In this document: piece after piece, positions 57,527 through 64,000 of the stretch
How positions within the stretch are numbered: the stretch's first letter is position 1
Layout: the number at the start of each line of letters is the position of its first letter
From: Hyaloraphidium curvatum SAG 235-1
Taxonomy: Eukaryota > Fungi > Monoblepharomycota
Length of the DNA stretch: 64,000 nucleotides
Direction of reading: 5' to 3'
Assembly: GCA_025558095.1 (NCBI GenBank)
Contig: JAIVFI010000022.1
Coordinates: forward strand, 1-64,000
The notes under the pieces: generated by a model
Database searches by the model: none
What the model was told of the DNA's origin: nothing
Seen by the model: the letters and a program-made list of their open reading frames with translations, nothing else
Program-made: the position numbers and the translations under genes

Positions 57527-59092
57527 CTACAGGACTATCTCCCAGTCAACAATGTACCGAGTCTCGTTGACCGCCGCGCGGCTCACCTGCCAGCCGCGGC
57601 CAACGAGCTTCGGAAGGAGGAAGAAGTTCAAGAAAAATTCGTCCACGCCCCAAGGAAACTCGTGAACCTGGAGCGCTGTGTTGTTGTGAGAACGCGGGTA
57701 CCGAATCCCTATCTCTGAAGGAAGTACGTGAAACCGGCTCCACGTCGGGTGCTTCCGGCCGCTCGCATCCGGGGCGGCGCTCCTCAGCCGGTCGAGCTCC
57801 TCCTGGTACGCACTGAAGTCCGCCTCAGCATTCGGGTCGCCTTCAGCCACCTTGTCCTTCAGCTCTTGTACCCTCAGGCCTCGCGTCAGGCCAAGGCTCC
57901 GGTTGCGGAATCCAAGGGCACACCCCGACCCTTCCGCACAGGCCTTGGTGTGCGCGCTTGGTCTGAATCCTTCATCTGCAAGGGTCCGTGCTTCGGTCAT
58001 CGCGTGTCGTAGGAACCGAACAAGATCTTCCAGCGGAAACGGACCGGTGAACGCGACGCGGCCCGCCATGATGGAAAAGCGCTTGCCGAGGCGAAGCTCC
58101 GAAAGCTTGGTTTTCCTCTCGGCGGCAGGTCCGTCGCCAAAGCCGAAGACGGCGGGTGACGGTCCCCGGTGCGCGAGCGCTGCCCGCAGGAGCTGCTCCG
58201 AGTCGAAGGCACGAAGCACCTCGAGCCAGCCGGCGTCGACGCAGATCCGGACGTCCGGGCCACGCGGCGCGAAACGCCAATCCTTCGGCAGCTGGTCCGT
58301 CGCGTTGGTCGCGAAAAAAGTGCGAATCGCCGCGCCGTCGTGGTTGAAGTAGGCGTTCCGAGGCCGGAACATCGGGCCGCAGACCACGTCCACGACCACG
58401 ACCGGCACGCGCGCGTCTGCCACCACTCCATCAAGCCTCTGACGCACTCGATCAGGAACACCGGGCTCCGTGAGCACGACCCAAATCAGCTCGACACCGG
58501 GAAACGCCGAGGCCAAGTGCAGCCCATGTGCAAGCCGTCCCTTCAAGTTCGGATCCACATGGCCGAGCAGAGCTTCCTCGGTAATCGTGTCGGAAAAGTA
58601 CAATGGTACCAGGAATATTGCTCGGCGTGGTGACTCCGGTCCGGCCGACAGGGCGAGGTACGGGTCGCTCCAGTTCTTCACGTCCACTGTAAAGTCCCAG
58701 TCTCCGCAGAAGGCGGTTGCGGTCCTCGGAAACACCTCCGCAGAATCTGATGTTCCCGGCTCGTGATCCGGGAGCTCCGCGTACGTGTTTACGACTTCCA
58801 GAACCGCGTCGGCATTCTCGTCGGGGGGAATCAGCTCGTCAAATCGATCCAAGAGATCGCTAATGGTGGCGGATCCCTGTGTAGCGGTCCATATGAATGG
58901 CTTGGACCATTCTATAGCGCCCGTAGAGCTCACTTGAGGGAGTTGTCGCCCCGCGCGAATGAGCCCGCGACTGGCGTCGGCGCGGCGAGCATCTCCGGCC
59001 CGGCCGCCGAGTGTGTCCCGGGTAGGACGGGGAGCTATACGCATTCCGTCCTGTCCCGGACGCTGTCGGCGGTGTCGCTCCGGGCCGGGCAT
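57527..59092 (-). CDS. Orphan protein (~500 aa), probable 57-nt intron 58877-58933
   Basis: Long globular-looking ORF; start at 59092 or 59044. Confidence 0.6.
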   Translation of the reverse strand: MPGPERHRRQRPGQDGMRIAPRPTRDTLGGRAGDARRADASRGLIRAGRQLPQVSSTGAIEWSKPFIWTATQGSATISDLLDRFDELIPPDENADAVLEVVNTYAELPDHEPGTSDSAEVFPRTATAFCGDWDFTVDVKNWSDPYLALSAGPESPRRAIFLVPLYFSDTITEEALLGHVDPNLKGRLAHGLHLASAFPGVELIWVVLTEPGVPDRVRQRLDGVVADARVPVVVVDVVCGPMFRPRNAYFNHDGAAIRTFFATNATDQLPKDWRFAPRGPDVRICVDAGWLEVLRAFDSEQLLRAALAHRGPSPAVFGFGDGPAAERKTKLSELRLGKRFSIMAGRVAFTGPFPLEDLVRFLRHAMTEARTLADEGFRPSAHTKACAEGSGCALGFRNRSLGLTRGLRVQELKDKVAEGDPNAEADFSAYQEELDRLRSAAPDASGRKHPTWSRFHVLPSEIGIRYPRSHNNTALQVHEFPWGVDEFFLNFFLLPKLVGRGWQVSRAAVNETRYIVDWEIVL

Positions 59093-59125
59093 CGTGGGGT
59101 TGAAGGGCGTGACGTGTCAAGCACA

Positions 59126-60959
59126 ATGAGCGACGGTGATCTGGCAAATTCGACCACATCATCTCCGACGGAACGAATGATGGAGCAGGCGGACTACCTG
59201 CGCCTTTTGCCGGAATCTGTTGTCGATATGCGCCGTCTGCAGCGGGCGATGTACCCGTCCCCAACTCCCTCGCGAGAGGCGCGGGAGGCTGCATTCCGCT
59301 CGACCATCGTGCGGCACTGCGCAAACCTGGCCCGCCATGCCCGCGACCACTATGGGCAAGACGACTTCAACGTCTTTCGCAACGAGCGGCTGACGAGCTC
59401 CGCTTGGCTTTGCGCGTGGTTCGCCACCCTGCCCGACGAGAGCCAGACCGCGCTCCTCCGCGCGGACGTTTCCCTTCTTCCTTTCGCCCCCCTGCGGCGC
59501 GGTGACCCGCTCCCCAAAGACCTGGTGCTCTACGTGATTCGTGGACTGGACAATCGCCTGTCGGCCCTTCTTCCGGACGAAGCCCTGGCGGTGTTCTACG
59601 GCGGCGAGGGCGCGGGGGAGGAAGGTGCGGCCGGACGGTTGCGGAAGCACCTCTCTCCTGCGCATCGCCATCGCCACCCGAGGAAGAGGCTCTACCGTTG
59701 GACGCGGGTCCGCGACTGGCACCTGGCGTACTTTTCGCGTTTTGGACGGGACCTGCTTCCTGACCACGGGCCGGCGGTCCGGGAGGCCATCTCCGTCGGC
59801 GAGCCCATCATGCTGCACCTGCTTGGCCTCTTCTTTGTGCAGTATGCGGCTCTTGCCGTGAGCGAGACGGGAACCGAGGAGCTCCGCCGTCTCTACGCGC
59901 CGAATGCTCGGCCGCGGGGCCTGAACGCGAAATCCGAGCTCCAGGGCGGGGTGGCGCCCAAGGAGGTGCTCGCAGCCAACGGACGGGCCAACGGACGGGC
60001 CAACGCCGCGGCGCTGCACGGACCGGACGGGGCGTTCGGGGAGTTCCGAGCTCTGACGAACGAGGCGTTCATCGGCCGCGTGGCCGCCACGGCCAACAGC
60101 CGAGCCGCCAACGCTCGAGCTGGGCATCGGAAGGGATCGGCGAGGGCCCGAGAGGGCGGCAAGGTGTCTTTGGGGAGCTCCAAGAACGTCACGCTGCAGT
60201 TTGAGGTCCACGGCATTAAGGTCTGTTGGCCGTGCGGAAGGTGTGCCCCAGCTCCTGATCTCTCCCTTCAAGATCCCGATCGGCGCTCACACCGTGGAGA
60301 AGGCCCTGTCCGGCTGGGACCGGCGCTGTGGATTCACGATTTCGAACGAGAATGTGGTCTACCTAGCTCAACAGGCGGACTTTGAGGCGCACGTGGAGCT
60401 CATGTCGGAAGCATCTGCCGAAGCTTTTTTGGCCGGACCCGCCGTAGGGTTGGAGAAGGTCCGCAGCGACCAGCGGAAGCATTTCCTTGGGGACACTGCC
60501 GAGGAGACGGATGCCAAGGTCAACAGTGTCATGAGGCTGCGGGTCACCGTCGATTTCAAGAACCCCGACGGCACTTCGCAGTCGTGGATTGTTCAAAGGG
60601 AGAACACCCAGTCAGGACTTAGAGCCGGGAAGTACTGGGACCTTGCGCGGTACCTCACGGGCGAGTCTGTGGCCGGGACCGCCGAGCTGCAGCTAGCCAA
60701 GGGCGCAAAGCCCAACGTCACCCTTCACGGCGAGCTGGTTCGCGAACGCGAACTGAAGCGGAAGAGGGAGGCGGAAGCACGGGAGCGGGAGCGGGAGCGG
60801 GCGCAGGAAGGAGAGGAGCGTGAGGCGAAGAGGGCCCGGGTGGATCGGATTTCGCCAACAGAAGCCGCGTCGCCTCCGGCTCCCGCTGAGGGGCAAGCCC
60901 CTGCTCCGCCCTTCAACGCCATCGCGGCACTGATCACAGGACGACCGCTGAGCCATTAG
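59126..60959 (+). CDS. Putative GIY-YIG-like nuclease domain protein, intron 60221-60272
   Basis: VLYVIR...VFYGGEG..GRLRKH...GEPIML...PRGLN pattern. The splice joins ORFs 58763-60385 and 60201-60959 in frame; basic ERKRKR-like tail. Confidence 0.55.
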
Positions 60960-61007
60960 AAGAGTTGCTGACATTCGATGTAGATTCGTTCGATTGATCT
61001 GTTTAGG

Positions 61008-61889
61008 TCACACTGGGCACCTCCCCGACAGGTCTGTGAGCAGCCGTAGTACGCGAGACCCATGAAGAGGCAGTGGCACCGGTCCGCGCGATGCAGAAGG
61101 CCCTGAAGCCGGCGGCGTGTAGGAGGTGCAGAAGCCCGGCGGCGCGGAGGCGGTCAGAATGTAAACCTCGGAGAAGAGGTGAGAGCGCAGGAGCGCGTAG
61201 GGGTGCGCCGGGTGCGGGGGCTGCCGGGATCGGAGGATCGGGGCGGGCCGGACCGCCCTACGGCAGTGCGGGCGGAGATCCGGAGACGAGCGCGGAAAAC
61301 GGCGTCGCACGCGCCCAGTAGCCCGCCCGCGGCGGTGGTGCGGTGGATCAGCTGCAAGGTGGAGTCGGAGCGGCCGAAGGCGACGCGCTCGTGGGTATGG
61401 TGCGCGGTCGACAGCAGCGCGGGTCGCGGGGAGGGGCCACGGCGCGCAAGGAGGGGGCAGAATGAGATCCATTCGACGTCCACAGAGGGGAGTCCGCCGC
61501 CGGCGGGGTGCACGGGCGCCTGGAAACGCGTGCGTGGCTGCCCCTTTCCGACGAGGCGGGGAGGCGCGGCGGTGCGGCAGCCCCGCCAGCACGCGCCAAG
61601 CAAGAAGCAGCGCGCCCGTAAAGCCCACCAGCACGCCCGCGCGCCGCGACGCGAAGTCGTCCGTGAAGGGCGGGGGGTCCACCGGGTTCGGGGCCCACCG
61701 CGGTTCGGACGCGATGGCGGCCCGCAGCTGAGCCGCAGCCGCCAGGCATGGTGTCGGGCCGCTCATCAAGCGTGAGCGCGGTGGCGGGGAGGCAGCACGG
61801 CGAGGAGAACGCTTCCCGGGGAGCGGCGTGCACAGGGCCGCGATGGTCACGCGCCGCAAGGCCCCGGGAACAGTCATCGCGGCCTCCAC
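61008..61889 (-). pseudogene. Degenerate membrane-protein gene remnant
   Basis: Hydrophobic segment GVLVGFTGALLLAW with frame switches. Confidence 0.3.
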
Positions 61890-63068
61890 GACGGAAGGAA
61901 GCTCCGCGGCGCGCCACAGATGGGGTTGCGCCGATGCTCAAGACGGCAGCATCGAGGGGGGCGGCTTGGCTGGGCGGCGAGACGGTGCGGCTCGGCAGAA
62001 GTCGGCGCCCGCTGAGACCCGCGACGCAAAATGGTCGTCCATAGCAGTGTGCCAGTGCCGCGACTGAAAGTGTGTTAGGATTGCATCATGCCGGACGCGA
62101 ATGGGAAGACTCCGTCGGGGCCGTTCGGACCGCGAGTAGCACCGCCCAGCCGGCTTAAACAGCGCCAGGAGGCGCGCCGAGAGCCCATAGGAATTTTGGC
62201 CGAGCTAGGAGGGGATTCGAGGGGACAACAAGGAGGTGTGAGCGCAGGGACAGCGCGCTCAGAGTGAGTGGAGGCCACGGCGCTCGCGGCGTAAACAAGC
62301 GACGCTTCGCCGCGAGCGCCTTCAAGCAGACCAATTAGTCTGACCGCAGAAAATCCTTCACACAGCGCCCGCCTCGATTGCTTGCCCCCCGATCCGCCTT
62401 CAAAAATTCCGCTGGGCCTCTTCTATACTACCTAGGCCGCCTCACAGCCGCGCTGCTCGCTTCCGCTGCCCAGATCGGGGCGCCGGAGATCGGACCAATG
62501 GCTCGGGGGCGGCCACGCGGCACCGTCGCGGCGGATGGCACCCAGATCGGAGCGCGCCCGTTCACGCTCTGCTCGTATCACGCTCATTCCCGTAGCGGGC
62601 GCGCCTTCGGGCGCGATGGGCCTCCCCCCCGGCGCGCCGCTGCCGCGACTCCGCCCACCTGTCAACCCCCCTTGCACCCCTCGGCGCCAAAGTAGGGGAC
62701 GGAGATGTCGATCCAGCGGCCGGGAAACGACCTCAACCGCCGAGGGGAGCTGCCGACGGGGCTGTCGGAAGCCGGAATTGCGCCGATGGATGCGGGAGTC
62801 GGGGGGCGCCAGACTGGCCCAGCGCGAGGACTCTCTGGACGCGCGGTGGGGTGGCCGGCTGCCCAACCACCGCGAGGACACTGTCTCCTACATCGCCGCC
62901 ACCGTCTCCATTATGTCCATGGCGGGGTTCCACGGTGTTGGACCTCGGCCTCCCTCGATCACCGGCGCTCCCGCGACCCGTCAGGGTGATACACTCCGCG
63001 GAATAAAAACCTCCGCGACCTCCGGCACCTCCATAGCGCTTTAGACCACCGACGCATTAGAACCCAAC

Positions 63069-63110
63069 GTCGACCACGTCGACATCAACCCCGTGGACGG
63101 GTAGCTCTAG
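63069..63110 (+). mobile_element. Possible Helitron-like 3' end
   Basis: GTCGAC-CAC-GTCGAC, then CCCGT-GG-ACGGG (63090-63101), then CTAG (63107-63110) followed by T. Confidence 0.3.
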
Positions 63111-64000
63111 TCACTTCGAGGCCGGTCGGGCAGGCCCAGCGCGGGGGCCCCGCCGAACCACAGATTGTTGGATCTGAGGCAACGCCAGCGTCATGACAGA
63201 GAGCACTTTAGTCAGATCGCGCGTCATTCCAACGAAGTCCACGTGGAGATCGCGTCGAGGACCAAACGCGACGCTTCGTCCCCGCAGACGCGTCCCCGCG
63301 CGGTGCCTCCACGTTCGGCGCCCGCCTTCAGATGGACCGTGCGGCCTCCGCAGGAGACGCCCCGTACGCCGCGGCACGTGCCCGTGTCTTATCGTGAGCG
63401 TGGGCCGCGTTTGCCCGTGGCGGTCGACGTGTGTGCCAAAATGTTTGCGCCGCTCCGGGCCTCTCTTTGTTCCTTCGCCCGACGGCCCAATCCGAAGCGT
63501 CGAGGGCCGCGGTCACCAGGAGGTGATCCACACGTACTCCTGCCATCGCGAATCATTGGCCCTGCCTGGTGGAAGTCGGCACCAAGACACCCGGTCCTCG
63601 GCATTTAGCGTCCCCGGACGACGGTCTCCGCAGAGTCATCGTCCACGCGCCGAGTCCAGTCGGATTCTATCAACCGGCCCTGAAATGAAAACTTGGGTGG
63701 TGCCACGCGCCTCGCGGGGGACGGCTGTCGACGTCGGCAACTGGATCCGTCTCCGACGTGGGCGCTCGCACGTCCAAGCACCCGGCCACGCGGGGGCATT
63801 CCTTGGATGCCGGATGCGAACGAGTGCGGTCATACAACCTAGAGCATTTAAATCGGGTCCTGCCGAGCCCCTTTTCCAAGACGCTGAGGCCGAGCTGCCG
63901 AAGATAATCCCTGCACGAAGGTGTGCGAGCACGGTCACAGCCGAAGCAGTGCGCGGTACGGATGCGAGGATAGGCCAGCCCAGGAGGAAAGATTTCGAAA

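Noticed and set aside
1-64000. tRNA, rRNA, telomeric repeats, LTRs
   Set aside because: None recognised by eye; tRNAscan/Infernal could not be run.

Overview
Eukaryotic, very GC-rich genomic DNA with short (about 50-70 nt) GT-AG introns and CTGAC/CTCAC-type branch sites. It is most consistent with an early-diverging fungus, and the style resembles Monoblepharidomycota such as Hyaloraphidium (inference). Most long ORFs in the supplied track are GC3 shadow frames. Recognisable host genes are a choline/ethanolamine kinase, a DUF3455 GPI protein, a GNAT, a long-chain acyl-CoA synthetase, UFD2, a secreted ERV/ALR-domain protein, a type I membrane protein, a GT10 fucosyltransferase and a ricin-like secreted protein. 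The left half is an accessory region of pseudogenes and transposons. The standout is an apparently intact ~6.95-kb RLE-type (CRE-like) non-LTR retrotransposon at 21407-28352. It is bounded by an 11-bp direct repeat and has three overlapping ORFs (L1-style ORF1; orphan ORF2; ZnF-RT-CCHC-RLE ORF3), a 17-nt leader and no poly(A), and it sits between two divergent orphan genes. At the left edge a second CRE-like RT, missed by the ORF track, keeps an open frame but has ISDN in place of YxDD. Other signals are a covarying double-hairpin+CTAG repeat, a ~100-bp element containing an ICRE-like CATGTGAA box upstream of two lipid genes, and a tight head-to-head gene pair that includes a GIY-YIG-like nuclease.
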